A DNA stretch of 64,000 nt, from assembly GCA_050949565.1 (NCBI GenBank), contig JBMNFY010000017.1, positions 224,001 through 288,000 of the forward strand. Reading direction: 5' to 3'. This DNA is from Kiritimatiellia bacterium. Its GTDB lineage: Bacteria > Verrucomicrobiota > Kiritimatiellia > RFP12 > UBA1067. The translations under genes were made by a program, and so were the position numbers. Of this stretch, positions 1 through 8,482 are shown piece by piece. The notes beneath the pieces are model-generated. The model searched no databases. It was not told the DNA's origin and worked only from the letters and a program-made list of their open reading frames with translations. The first letter of the stretch is position 1; every line of letters starts with the position of its first letter.

Positions 1-2
1 GT

Positions 3-713
3 AGCTTCAGCCTCGACGGCGCCAACGCCGCCGACCACGATGCCTTTCGTGGCATCGCCGGCGCCTTCGACAACGTGACGCGCGCCATGCGCATCGCGCA
101 AGAGATCGGCATGCCCTTTCAAGTGAACACCACCGTCTCGCGACTCACACGCGACGCGCTGCCGGCCATCCGCGAACAGGCCATCGCGCACGGCGCGCGT
201 ACGCTCGACCTCTTCTTTCTGGTGCCGGTCGGACGCGGGGTCGGGCTGCGCGACCTCGCGCTCTCCCCCGATGAAACCGAAGCCGTCCTGCGCTGGGCCT
301 TCGAGATGGATCGCGCAGGCCCGATCCGCGTGCGCGAAACCTGCGCACCGCAAGCCGTGCGCATCTGGCACGCGCTGGGCAAGCCCGGCCAGCATCCGGC
401 AGGCTGCATGGGCGGACGCGGCTTCGTCTTCATCTCCCACACCGGCATCCTGCAACCGTGCGGCTTCCTTGACGTGCCCAGCGGCGACCTGCGTCAGCAC
501 GGATTTGACTTCCGCCGCGCCTACGAGACCTCGCCGGTCTTCAACGACCTGCGCCAGCCCGACCGCTACGGCGGCGCGTGCGGCACCTGCGGTTTCCGCC
601 AAACGTGCGGCGGCTGCCGCGCACGCGCCTACGCCGCCACCGGCGACTACATGGCCGCTGAAACGAGCTGCCCGCTCGCCGCGCCGTGCGCGGCAAGCGG
701 AGTTAAAATTTAG
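3..713 (+). CDS. Radical SAM/SPASM protein, AhbD/NirJ-like (5' truncated by window edge)
   Basis: Frame is open from the window start (SFSLDGANAADHDAFRG...FQVNTTV). SPASM motifs GCMGGRGFVFISHTG..QPCGFL and CGTCGFRQTCGGCRARAYA..GDY. Confidence 0.8.
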   Translation, partial: SFSLDGANAADHDAFRGIAGAFDNVTRAMRIAQEIGMPFQVNTTVSRLTRDALPAIREQAIAHGARTLDLFFLVPVGRGVGLRDLALSPDETEAVLRWAFEMDRAGPIRVRETCAPQAVRIWHALGKPGQHPAGCMGGRGFVFISHTGILQPCGFLDVPSGDLRQHGFDFRRAYETSPVFNDLRQPDRYGGACGTCGFRQTCGGCRARAYAATGDYMAAETSCPLAAPCAASGVKI

Positions 714-776
714 GATTTAGGAGTTAGGAGTTTCGGAGTTCTGCGTTGGGCGTTCTGCGTTCTGCGTTCGGCGTTC
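699..776 (+). repeat. Heptamer tandem repeats (GGAGTTA/GGATTTA, then TTCTGCG/TTGGGCG)
   Basis: Read directly from the sequence; the array supplies the TAG stop of the upstream gene. Confidence 0.85.
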
Positions 777-785
777 CTCTCCTTG

Positions 786-994
786 TTGCGACCACGCAGT
801 GGCTCGCAATGGTGAGTGTAAAAACGGACGGAGGATGGGCACCGAGCGCGCATAGGGCATGCAATAAAGGGGGCGCGGAAAGACAGCCCGGTAAAGAGCC
901 CGTAATGCTGCGAACGGTCACGGGCGGGGCGCGGCTGTGTGTGTGGTGCAAGGTTTTAACCTCATCTTTGTGACCACTGGGTGGTCACAAAAAA
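786..994. repeat. ~210-bp dispersed element with palindromic hairpins at both ends (copy 1)
   Basis: TTGCGACCACGCAGTGGCTCGCAA at 786-809 and TTTGTGACCACTGGGTGGTCACAAA at 967-991; inverted diverged copy at 10196-10400. Confidence 0.85.
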
Positions 995-1022
995 GTCGTC
1001 TAAATTCCTGTCCCTTGTTTAC
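995..1022 (+). repeat. 28-bp site, copy A (consensus GCCGTCTAAAYACCTGTCCCTTAGTTGC)
   Basis: GTCGTCTAAATTCCTGTCCCTTGTTTAC; other copies at 1438, 1719, 2993 and 17278 (reverse). Confidence 0.8.
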
Positions 1023-1060
1023 ATCGGCTCCGGCATTATGCTACATTCTTACTGGTAAGA
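1018..1060 (+). promoter_or_regulatory. Sigma70-like promoter and palindromic operator of the TA operon
   Basis: TTTACA-18 bp-TACATT (TG-extended), followed by palindrome TCTTAC-TG-GTAAGA at 1047-1060. Confidence 0.6.
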
Positions 1061-1083
1061 CAAAAAGAAAGGGATGAAACATC

Positions 1084-1347
1084 ATGGAAAGAGTTGCAAC
1101 CACACGAATGTCATCCAAGGGTCAGGTCGTGATCCCAGAGGAGGTACGTAATCGCTTGTGCCTTGAACCCGGCACACAGTTCATTGTGATGGGTGAAAAC
1201 GATGTCGTGATCCTGAAGACCATCACCCCCCCATCGATGTCGGAGTTCGATACCGTTGTGGCCCGTGCCCGTCGGCAGGCCAAGGCGGCTGGCATGAAGC
1301 CCTCTGACATCACCCGTGCCGTTGCCAAGGTGCGGGGGCGAGCGTGA
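1084..1347 (+). CDS. AbrB/MazE/SpoVT-family antitoxin
   Basis: TRMSSKGQVVIPEEVRNRLCLEPG signature, 87 aa, preceded by an RBS. Confidence 0.9.
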   Translation: MERVATTRMSSKGQVVIPEEVRNRLCLEPGTQFIVMGENDVVILKTITPPSMSEFDTVVARARRQAKAAGMKPSDITRAVAKVRGRA

Positions 1348-1420
1348 AAGTCGTTGCTACGCACATCTGGTTACCGAGGGATAAATGTGGTCACACCTCG
1401 TGCTTTCTTGAGCGACTTGT
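1344..1420 (+). pseudogene. Decayed N-terminus of a PIN-family toxin
   Basis: GTGA overlap with the antitoxin stop; MKVVATHIWLPR resembles PIN start MKVVxDTNIWISG with D/N lost, then runs into repeats. Confidence 0.55.
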
Positions 1421-1437
1421 AAGCCGTCCAAACACCA

Positions 1438-1465
1438 GCCGTCTAAATGCCTGTCCCTTAGTTGC
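1438..1465 (+). repeat. 28-bp site, copy B (preceded by half-site GCCGTCCAAACACC at 1423-1436)
   Basis: GCCGTCTAAATGCCTGTCCCTTAGTTGC. Confidence 0.9.
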
Positions 1466-1507
1466 TATGTACGGCAAAGTAGGGCGGGACGTCTCGGACC
1501 GCTCATC

Positions 1508-1714
1508 GGCCCAAAGGGCCGGATGCACCATAGCCCGGGGCAAGCGGAGCGCAGCCCCGGGTAGCGTCACCCCCATCCATGTGCCCTGAAAGGGCACTTC
1601 TATCCACGTCCTGTCATTTTTGAGGTGGCCCTTCAGGTCACAGAACTTCGGTTTTCTTGACCCAGGGCTGCGCTCCGCTTGCCCTGGGCTAAGGTGAGGC
1701 CGCCCCTTCAGGGC
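1508..1714. repeat. Long inverted repeat (REPIN-like)
   Basis: TAGCCCGGGGCAAGCGGAGCGCAGCCCCGGGT pairs with ACCCAGGGCTGCGCTCCGCTTGCCCTGGGCTA; inner hairpin GTGCCCTGAAAGGGCAC. Confidence 0.85.
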
Positions 1715-1718
1715 TTGG

Positions 1719-1746
1719 GCCGTCTAAATACCTGTCCCTTAGTTGC
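1719..1746 (+). repeat. 28-bp site, copy C
   Basis: GCCGTCTAAATACCTGTCCCTTAGTTGC. Confidence 0.9.
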
Positions 1747-1774
1747 TGAAGTTATAGGCAAGGAGTTGCATCCC

Positions 1775-1862
1775 TTCTGCGTTGGGCGTTCTGCGTTCAG
1801 AGTTCGGCGTTCTTCTCCTTGTTGCGACCACGCAGTGGCTCGCAACCGTGAGAGTAAAAACG
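1775..1862 (+). repeat. 88-bp direct repeat of 739-826 (heptamers + hairpin)
   Basis: Near-identical to 739-826. Confidence 0.9.
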
Positions 1863-1887
1863 TTGCTCTGTGTTTTCTCGCGAAGAG

Positions 1888-1923
1888 GGCGGCGTGACCG
1901 CCGCCGGTCAAGCAGACGCTTGA
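1888..1923 (+). repeat. 36-bp REP-like repeat, identical copy at 3066-3101, related inverted copy near 48772-48808
   Basis: GGCGGCGTGACCGCCGCCGGTCAAGCAGACGCTTGA. Confidence 0.9.
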
Positions 1924-2242
1924 CCCTCCCGGTGCTTCGCAAAAAACTTATTACATCTTACCTATTACTTCTCACCTCCGCCTGTCGCGACTCGCGCTTT
2001 GCGTTCGGTGTTGGGTGTGTTTTTTTCCTGCATGTCCAGCACCGAACTGAGCTGTTTTTCGAGAATTTTAAGTTGTTCTTTCCTGATTCTCACGACATCC
2101 TGAAGCAGCCCGATGATCGCTTCCTCCGGGGGCTTGCCCTTGAAATCCGAGAGAACGACCTTTGCACTTGGAACCTCCTTTTTTGCAACGTCAGCAACCG
2201 CCGTCCCGTAAGCCGAAGGCTGACGAGGGATGGTGTGTCGCC

Positions 2243-2935
2243 TTATTCACCTGTCTTTTTCTTCAGAATAATTAGCGTTGAGGGCTGTTGGTATCGGACG
2301 TTGACACGGAGTGGTTCAAAACCATCGGCTTCAACCCCGATGATGGACGTTCCGGTTTGATAGGCAATCCACTCCCCATCTTTATGCGCTTTCTCAAACG
2401 CTTTCATCTGAAAGTTATACCGAGCTTTTTGATAGGCGGTGCTGTCTTTACCAAAATCACTTTCACGGGGTTCCGGCACGTCCATGGTAAAAGAGCCTTT
2501 CTTACAACCGTAAGCGGCAAAGACATTGATAATGGCGTTAAAGTTGCCGTTCGTGTCTGTTGTGAAAGGCAGAACATTCTTTAATTTTTCGCCAAGCAAC
2601 ATGTCATCGTTTAGCTTAAAGAAGCGGGCTAAAGGAACCGGAACGATCTCACCTTCTTTTGCGATGTGGACAATTTTCCCCATAAACAAGACTTCTGTCC
2701 CACCATCCCCATGCCCCAGCTCCGGGTCGAGATTCAATTCGTCAAACTGCGCCTTCGGATGGGTGGTCGGATGAGTGTACGGATCAGGGGATGACTCACT
2801 AACGACGACAATAGGAGCTGCATTGGTCATAACGTACAGCTTTGGCTTCGAGCACAATTCTCCTTCGCAGGCCACCTCGGATTTTGAGCATCCGGAAACG
2901 AGCAAAAGAAGCAGTAACGTCGCGAACAATCTCAT
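2243..2935 (-). CDS. Hypothetical lipoprotein (lower GC than flanks)
   Basis: Start MRLFATLLLLLLVSG|C gives a lipobox; AT-richer codon usage. Confidence 0.75.
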   Translation of the reverse strand: MRLFATLLLLLLVSGCSKSEVACEGELCSKPKLYVMTNAAPIVVVSESSPDPYTHPTTHPKAQFDELNLDPELGHGDGGTEVLFMGKIVHIAKEGEIVPVPLARFFKLNDDMLLGEKLKNVLPFTTDTNGNFNAIINVFAAYGCKKGSFTMDVPEPRESDFGKDSTAYQKARYNFQMKAFEKAHKDGEWIAYQTGTSIIGVEADGFEPLRVNVRYQQPSTLIILKKKTGE

Positions 2936-2992
2936 TTTGTTATCGTTCTTACCTTTTTGTGTTTCATGCTTCATGGTCAGAAGTTGGCTCCA

Positions 2993-3020
2993 GCCGTCTA
3001 AACACCTGTCCCTTGGTTGC
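2993..3020 (+). repeat. 28-bp site, copy D
   Basis: GCCGTCTAAACACCTGTCCCTTGGTTGC. Confidence 0.9.
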
Positions 3021-3194
3021 GCAAGGCTGCTGCCGGACCGTGTGGCACGGGCATCTTGCCCGTGTGGCGGCGTGACCGCCGCCGGTCAAGCAGACGCTTG
3101 ATCCTCGTTAGATGCTCTCTTCAAAATAATCGGCATCAACTCTCTTAACCGGATATAGCGAAACCGTGGATACACCAACATCATGATCAATCAT

Positions 3195-4645
3195 CAAGGA
3201 CTTTCCCCAAAAAATCGGGGGCAATTATATCTAAGTCCTTGAAAACAAAGGGGATGCGTCTCTGACGGGCGTGCCTGAAAGTGAAAAAGTGGTTTTCCTC
3301 CGCCGGTTCTGCCAAAATGGCGGTTCAACCAAAAACCAAAAACCGGAAAGGAAAACCGACGTGAATCATAGCGCAACGGCGTTCAAAGCGCGAGAGCAAC
3401 TCAAGAATTTTTTGGGGGAACTTTCCCCCCGGTTTTCCAAGCCGCTCGGCAAGTTCGTGGGCGACATGGTCTACGGGATACAGGCGTCGCAGGACGTGAA
3501 GCTCAGCCGGATCGCCCGCGCGCTCGACGAGCCGATATCGATGAAGAAACTGGAGGACAGGCTGAGCCGGATGCTCGGGAGCGAGGGCATCGAGCAGGGG
3601 ATTTCCGACGCTGTCGCCCGTCTGGGCTCGCGTCACGTCCATCAGGACACGCTGATCGTCATCGACCCGACCGACATCCGTAAGCTGTACGCGAAGAAGA
3701 TGGAATATCTCGCCCGCGTCCGGGACGGGAGCACGGGGGAGATCGGCAACGGATACAGCGCCTGCCTGGCGGTCGCCTGCGAGAGCGGCGGCCGCCGGAT
3801 CACGCCGTTGCACATGCGGCTGTGGTCGAGCGAGGCGGAGGGCTTCATCGGCCAGAACGACGAGGTGCTCGGCGTCATCGACCAGATCAGCTCCCGCGCG
3901 AAGAAGCGCGGCATCTACGTCATCGGCCGCGGAGGCGACGGAGACTGGCTGTTCGACGGCCTGGACCGGCGCAAACTGGACTACATCGTGCGCCTCGTGG
4001 GCAACCGCAACCTGCTCCACGGCCGGCGGACCGCGCTGGCCGAAGAACTGGCGGCATCCTGCCCCATGAAGCACATCGAGATCGTCACGAGGGAGACGGG
4101 GGACGGGGTGAAAAGCTATAAGCTGGAGTTCGGCGCCATGACCGTCGCCCTGCCGCAGAGGCCCGACAAGCCCCTGCGCATGGTCGTGGTGAAGGGGTTC
4201 GGCGAGCGGCCGATGCTCCTGCTGACCACGCTGGCCGGGACGACGTCGCGCAAGTCCCTGTGGCAGGTCGTCGAGGGCTATCTGACGCGGTGGCGCGTCG
4301 AGGACGCGATCCGCTTCGTCAAGCAGAGCTACAACCTCGAGGACGTCCGGGTCCTGACGTACCGGCGCCTGAAAAACATGGTCGCTCTGCTGCTGGCCGT
4401 CATCTACTTCAACTGCGTCTGGCTGGCCGGACGGCTGCGCTGCGAGATCCTGACGACCAACATCACCCACGCCGCCAAGCGCATCTACGGCGTGGCCGAG
4501 TTCCTCCACTACGCCGTCGCCGACGGCCTCGGGAGGCTCTTCACGCGCCACGGGAAATGGTACGGCTACAAGCCGCCAGACCCCGAATCAAACCCGCTCG
4601 GACTGGTCTTTCTGGAATGACCAGATTTTTTGGGGAAACTCCTTA
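3195..4645 (+). mobile_element. IS4-family insertion sequence
   Basis: Terminal inverted repeats CAAGGACTTTCCCCAAAAAATC and (rc) TAAGGAGTTTCCCCAAAAAATC enclose the transposase; no target duplication visible. Confidence 0.9.
3361..4620 (+). CDS. IS4-family DDE transposase (second catalytic Asp appears replaced by Gly)
   Basis: VIDPTDI, VIGRGGD (expected VIDRGGD), YLTRWRVEDAIRFVKQ (YREK motif); GTG start after GAAAGGA. Confidence 0.9.
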   Translation: MNHSATAFKAREQLKNFLGELSPRFSKPLGKFVGDMVYGIQASQDVKLSRIARALDEPISMKKLEDRLSRMLGSEGIEQGISDAVARLGSRHVHQDTLIVIDPTDIRKLYAKKMEYLARVRDGSTGEIGNGYSACLAVACESGGRRITPLHMRLWSSEAEGFIGQNDEVLGVIDQISSRAKKRGIYVIGRGGDGDWLFDGLDRRKLDYIVRLVGNRNLLHGRRTALAEELAASCPMKHIEIVTRETGDGVKSYKLEFGAMTVALPQRPDKPLRMVVVKGFGERPMLLLTTLAGTTSRKSLWQVVEGYLTRWRVEDAIRFVKQSYNLEDVRVLTYRRLKNMVALLLAVIYFNCVWLAGRLRCEILTTNITHAAKRIYGVAEFLHYAVADGLGRLFTRHGKWYGYKPPDPESNPLGLVFLE

Positions 4646-4656
4646 ACTGTGTACGG

Positions 4657-4685
4657 TTGCATCATTGCCTGATGTACCGTATAAT
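4657..4685 (+). promoter_or_regulatory. Sigma70 promoter of rtcB
   Basis: TTGCAT-17 bp-TATAAT, 9 nt before GTG at 4695. Confidence 0.75.
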
Positions 4686-4694
4686 CCCCATAAA

Positions 4695-6089
4695 GTGAAG
4701 GCGAAAGACATACAGAAGGCCGGAGTGCAATCGGGGCCGTTGGTGAAGCTGGCCTTGAGTTTGATGGGGCCAGCGACGAAGGCAGGATTGAAGAAGAAGC
4801 AGATCACAGGACGTTTGCAGAACCTCGTCGCGGCGCCGGATGCGTTTCTTGATGATCCGCACTTCGGTGCTCTGGCGAAAGCGCTATTGGAACAGCGCGC
4901 CGCAGAATCATCCCCGGCGTTCGCCCCGTATGGCGAGCTGGAGTCAGACGCGCCGTGGCGCATGTGGGGCAGCGATATCGACCCGGCTGCGATTGAGCAG
5001 ATGCAGAACGCGTGCCGGTTGCCCGTGGCGGTTCAGGGGGCGCTGATGCCGGATGCGCATGTCGGCTATGGCCTCCCGATCGGCGGGGTGCTGGCCGTGG
5101 ACAATGCGGTCATCCCCTATGCCGTGGGTGTGGATATCGCCTGCCGCATGATGCTCACGGTGATCGATATGCCGGTCAATAGTCTTGAACGGCACCGGGA
5201 TGAGTTGATCCGCGTTCTGGAGTCCCAGACGCTCTTCGGTGCCGGCCGTGAATTCGCCAAGCCGCACGACCATCCGGTGATGCATGAGGATTGGGATTTC
5301 TGTCAGGCGGTCGCCAAAGCCAAGAGCAAAGCCCGAGGACAACTTGGAACCAGCGGCTCGGGCAATCACTTTGTGGACTACGGAACGCTGACGTTGCCGG
5401 AGGCTATGGACGATCTTCCGGCGGGCACCTATCTGGCGATTCTGTCGCACAGCGGCAGCCGTGGTGCCGGTTCGACCATCGCCGACCACTTCTCGAAGGT
5501 GGCGCGGGATTTACACAAGGGACTCCCGCGACAAATGCAGCATTTGGGCTGGCTCCCGTTGGATTGCGATGCCGGACGGGAGTATTGGCGCGCCATGCAC
5601 CTCATGGGCATGTACGCCGCAGCCAATCACGAGATCATCCACCGCAAACTCACACGGGCGTTGAAGAGTGAAGTGCTGTTTCAGATGGAGAACCACCACA
5701 ACTTTGCATGGCGGGAGACCCACGGCGGACGCGATGTGATCGTACACCGCAAGGGTGCCACACCGGCGGGTATCGGCGTCTTGGGCATGATCCCCGGATC
5801 GATGGCCAGCCCCGGCTTTTTGGTACGCGGCAAGGGCGAGGCGGCATCGCTGAACAGCGCGGCCCACGGCGCGGGACGGTTGATGTCGCGCAGCGAGGCG
5901 AAAAACCGGTTTGCATGGTCAAATGTGAAGCGCGAACTCGATGCGGCCGGCATCACGGTTCTCAGCGCAGGCACCGACGAAGTTCCGGGCGCCTACAAGG
6001 ACATCCACAAAGTCATGCGTGAGCAAGTTGATCTCGTGGAGATCATCGCCCGGTTTGATCCGAAGATCGTGAAGATGGCGCGGGATTAG
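4695..6089 (+). CDS. rtcB: RtcB-family RNA ligase
   Basis: MPDAHVGYGLPIGG, VGVDIAC, LGTSGSGNHF, HSGSRG, NHHNFA, HRKGAT, HGAGR, DEVPGAYK motifs. Confidence 0.95.
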   Translation: MKAKDIQKAGVQSGPLVKLALSLMGPATKAGLKKKQITGRLQNLVAAPDAFLDDPHFGALAKALLEQRAAESSPAFAPYGELESDAPWRMWGSDIDPAAIEQMQNACRLPVAVQGALMPDAHVGYGLPIGGVLAVDNAVIPYAVGVDIACRMMLTVIDMPVNSLERHRDELIRVLESQTLFGAGREFAKPHDHPVMHEDWDFCQAVAKAKSKARGQLGTSGSGNHFVDYGTLTLPEAMDDLPAGTYLAILSHSGSRGAGSTIADHFSKVARDLHKGLPRQMQHLGWLPLDCDAGREYWRAMHLMGMYAAANHEIIHRKLTRALKSEVLFQMENHHNFAWRETHGGRDVIVHRKGATPAGIGVLGMIPGSMASPGFLVRGKGEAASLNSAAHGAGRLMSRSEAKNRFAWSNVKRELDAAGITVLSAGTDEVPGAYKDIHKVMREQVDLVEIIARFDPKIVKMARD

Positions 6090-8466
6090 CGGCTCTCTCC
6101 GGCAGTCCCCCCTCTTTCAGACGTCGCTTGAGCCCCATGCCCTCCATCACCCGGCCTGCATCCATGTAGAGATTGGCGAGACCGTACGCAAACTCGCGGT
6201 TTTGCCATCCCGTCTCGCGGCAAGCCCGCTCAGCCAGCGTCAGCGCCCGCGCCATATTCCGGTCGGTTCGTTCCTTGGTCGCCAGGCAGGTGGCATAGCG
6301 GTAGAGGGCTTCCGCGTGATCGGGCTTCCGTCGCAGAATCTCCTCGTACTGCCGGTCGGCCTCCGCGTATTCACCGACCGTCACCGCCACCTGCGCCAAC
6401 TCCATCCGGTAGCCGATCTGCTCGGGTGCCGCCGCCACCGCGCGCGCGAAGTGCAGATAGGCGGTTTCCGGCTCGCCGCTCGCCCGCAGACAGAAGCCCA
6501 TACCGTAGTGCGAGTGCGCAGAGCCCGGCGAGAAAGAGAGCAGGTTTTCATAGCACTTGAGTCCGCCCTTAAATTCACCGATCGCGATGCGCCGCCGCCC
6601 CTCTAGCTCCAAGCTCTCGGCAAGGCGCGTCAACAGCGGATCACGCACATTGAGCTTGGCCGCCGCGCGCGCGTCGGCCAGACCGGCATCGCCCTGACCC
6701 GCCGTTGTCTGCGCCAAAGCGCGGGCGGCCAGCGTACGCGCATCGGCACAGACGAGGGTTCGGTCGCGGATCGTTTGATAGACGCCCACATCCATCTCAC
6801 CCGGCACCAGCCACTCCAACGTCTTCTGCCGCATCGGCTCAAGCGCATGCGGCGTCAGCAACTCCTCCGATGCTTCCTGACTGCTGAACACGATCTGCGG
6901 CACGCGCCGCGCGTTGACGCGCCAGCTTTCAAAACCGGTACGCTCCAGCCACGGCACCACGCCCGCGCCATCGCAGACCATGCAGGCCAGCGCTTCCGGC
7001 AAGGCGAGCACGCGTGCCCTGACAAAATCGCGCATGACCGCCTGCCGCTCGAAACAGGCCAGCATCTGATCGGCCGGGCTCTGAATCATGCCGTTGGACC
7101 CCACCAGCAGCCAGTCGTACGCACCGGTACACCAGAGCTGCATGTGGGGAAAAACACACGCAAAGTCACGGACGACCGTTGCGAAGCGCCGGGCCGACAG
7201 TGCACGTCCGTCCACATGCAGCGCCACCAGCCCACCGGACGCAAGCGCGGAGCGACACCGAGCGAACAATCGAGAACTGTACGCCTTGCGCGTGCCACGC
7301 ATCCACATCGGTTCGCCGGCCAATACGATCAGATCGTAGTTTTGACGCGGCGTGAGCCGTGCGCGGCGCGGCACAGGCGCTGTCTCCGCCTGCGTGCCGG
7401 TGATGTGGTCATCTGCGGCAAGCGTCAGTTTCAGCAGTGCCGTGTCGCATCCGCCGACCGCAAGGTCCTCCACGCCAGCACGCGCCAAGAACGGCAGATA
7501 GCGCCCCGCCTCGGGACCGAACACAGCCGCCCGCGCACACGACGGACGCAGCAGCAGCGGCACGTAAGCCGTCAACGTACGCGCCGTGTGGAAGCGGTTA
7601 CCGAACAGCAACGGCCGACCATCCTGCGCAAAGACAAACCCGTAGTCCGGATCCTCATAGGCCGCGACGCCATGGTGCCGCGTTTGGTGCGTAAACACCG
7701 GATGACCGTACGCGAATCCGCTGTCACGGTGTACCAGACGGCTGAAGACCCCGGCGGACAGTCCCGCGTCCGTCGTTGTCGGACCGGCCAAGATCAAGAC
7801 AAGGCAGACCGCCAGCGGCGGCAGCAACGACCATGCACCACGCGCCAACGCCAGACCGGCAAGCACGCCGAACCACAGCGCCGCCACACGCAACACCCCA
7901 AAGCCCAACCATGGGATCAATACACGCGAACCGACACCCGCCCCGATACTGACCGGCAACAGAACCAGCAACACGCCCAACGTGAGCAACGCCCCCGCAC
8001 TGCTTTCGCGCACGTCTTGACGGACCATCTGCAACGCGACCCGTACAGCCGCCCCCATCACTAGCGCCGGTAGCGCTGCAAAGAGCAGGCCGGTACGGAA
8101 CAACAGCGATAGATACTGCGTCTCGCGCCGCGTCAGCGCATTCAGCACCGCCTGCCAGGCCATGGCTAGTCGAGGTGCGCAGACCCCCTGCACGATCACG
8201 CTGGCGGCCAGCATCAACAAAAGCAGGCTCATCAATACCGCGCCGCTACGCAGCAGACTCCGGCGGAAGGCGAGCATCACCGCCACATAGCCCAGCGTGA
8301 GCCCACCGCCTACACAGCCCCAAAACATCAGTCCCGTGTGAAGTGTCCGGCCAGCCACCGCATCCATCATGCGCAGCCCCGCCGCCAGCAAAACTCCCAT
8401 CATCAGACCGGCCGCCACACAGATGGCCACACGCCAGCTAGCCTGATCCACCCGGATTCCTCTCAT
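6043..8466 (-). CDS. Membrane protein with degenerate spermidine-synthase-like domain and C-terminal TPRs
   Basis: N-terminal TM helices; YDLIV...LASGGLV...FACVFPHMQLW...LLVGS motifs; TPR-like repeats near the C-terminus. Confidence 0.7.
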   Translation of the reverse strand: MRGIRVDQASWRVAICVAAGLMMGVLLAAGLRMMDAVAGRTLHTGLMFWGCVGGGLTLGYVAVMLAFRRSLLRSGAVLMSLLLLMLAASVIVQGVCAPRLAMAWQAVLNALTRRETQYLSLLFRTGLLFAALPALVMGAAVRVALQMVRQDVRESSAGALLTLGVLLVLLPVSIGAGVGSRVLIPWLGFGVLRVAALWFGVLAGLALARGAWSLLPPLAVCLVLILAGPTTTDAGLSAGVFSRLVHRDSGFAYGHPVFTHQTRHHGVAAYEDPDYGFVFAQDGRPLLFGNRFHTARTLTAYVPLLLRPSCARAAVFGPEAGRYLPFLARAGVEDLAVGGCDTALLKLTLAADDHITGTQAETAPVPRRARLTPRQNYDLIVLAGEPMWMRGTRKAYSSRLFARCRSALASGGLVALHVDGRALSARRFATVVRDFACVFPHMQLWCTGAYDWLLVGSNGMIQSPADQMLACFERQAVMRDFVRARVLALPEALACMVCDGAGVVPWLERTGFESWRVNARRVPQIVFSSQEASEELLTPHALEPMRQKTLEWLVPGEMDVGVYQTIRDRTLVCADARTLAARALAQTTAGQGDAGLADARAAAKLNVRDPLLTRLAESLELEGRRRIAIGEFKGGLKCYENLLSFSPGSAHSHYGMGFCLRASGEPETAYLHFARAVAAAPEQIGYRMELAQVAVTVGEYAEADRQYEEILRRKPDHAEALYRYATCLATKERTDRNMARALTLAERACRETGWQNREFAYGLANLYMDAGRVMEGMGLKRRLKEGGLPERAANPAPSSRSSDQTGR

Positions 8467-8482
8467 GAACGCCCTCATTCCT

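Noticed and set aside
995-1022. 28-bp site as chromosomal dif or integron attC
   Set aside because: Lacks the XerD arm TTATGTTAAAT and the attC hairpin, and it is multi-copy.
1782-2360. ORFs translated from repeats (746-973, 1782-2360, 10264-10620, 17282-17536, 21162-21431) sharing ATTQWLA/CDHAVAR peptides
   Set aside because: The similarity comes from non-coding DNA repeats; frames are not conserved between copies.
995-3020. 28-bp repeats as a CRISPR array
   Set aside because: Spacers are 250-1250 bp and contain genes; no cas genes in the window.
4695-6089. rtcB as part of an Rtc/Ro-Y RNA repair operon
   Set aside because: No rtcA, rtcR, TROVE or prfH gene and no recognisable Y RNA nearby.
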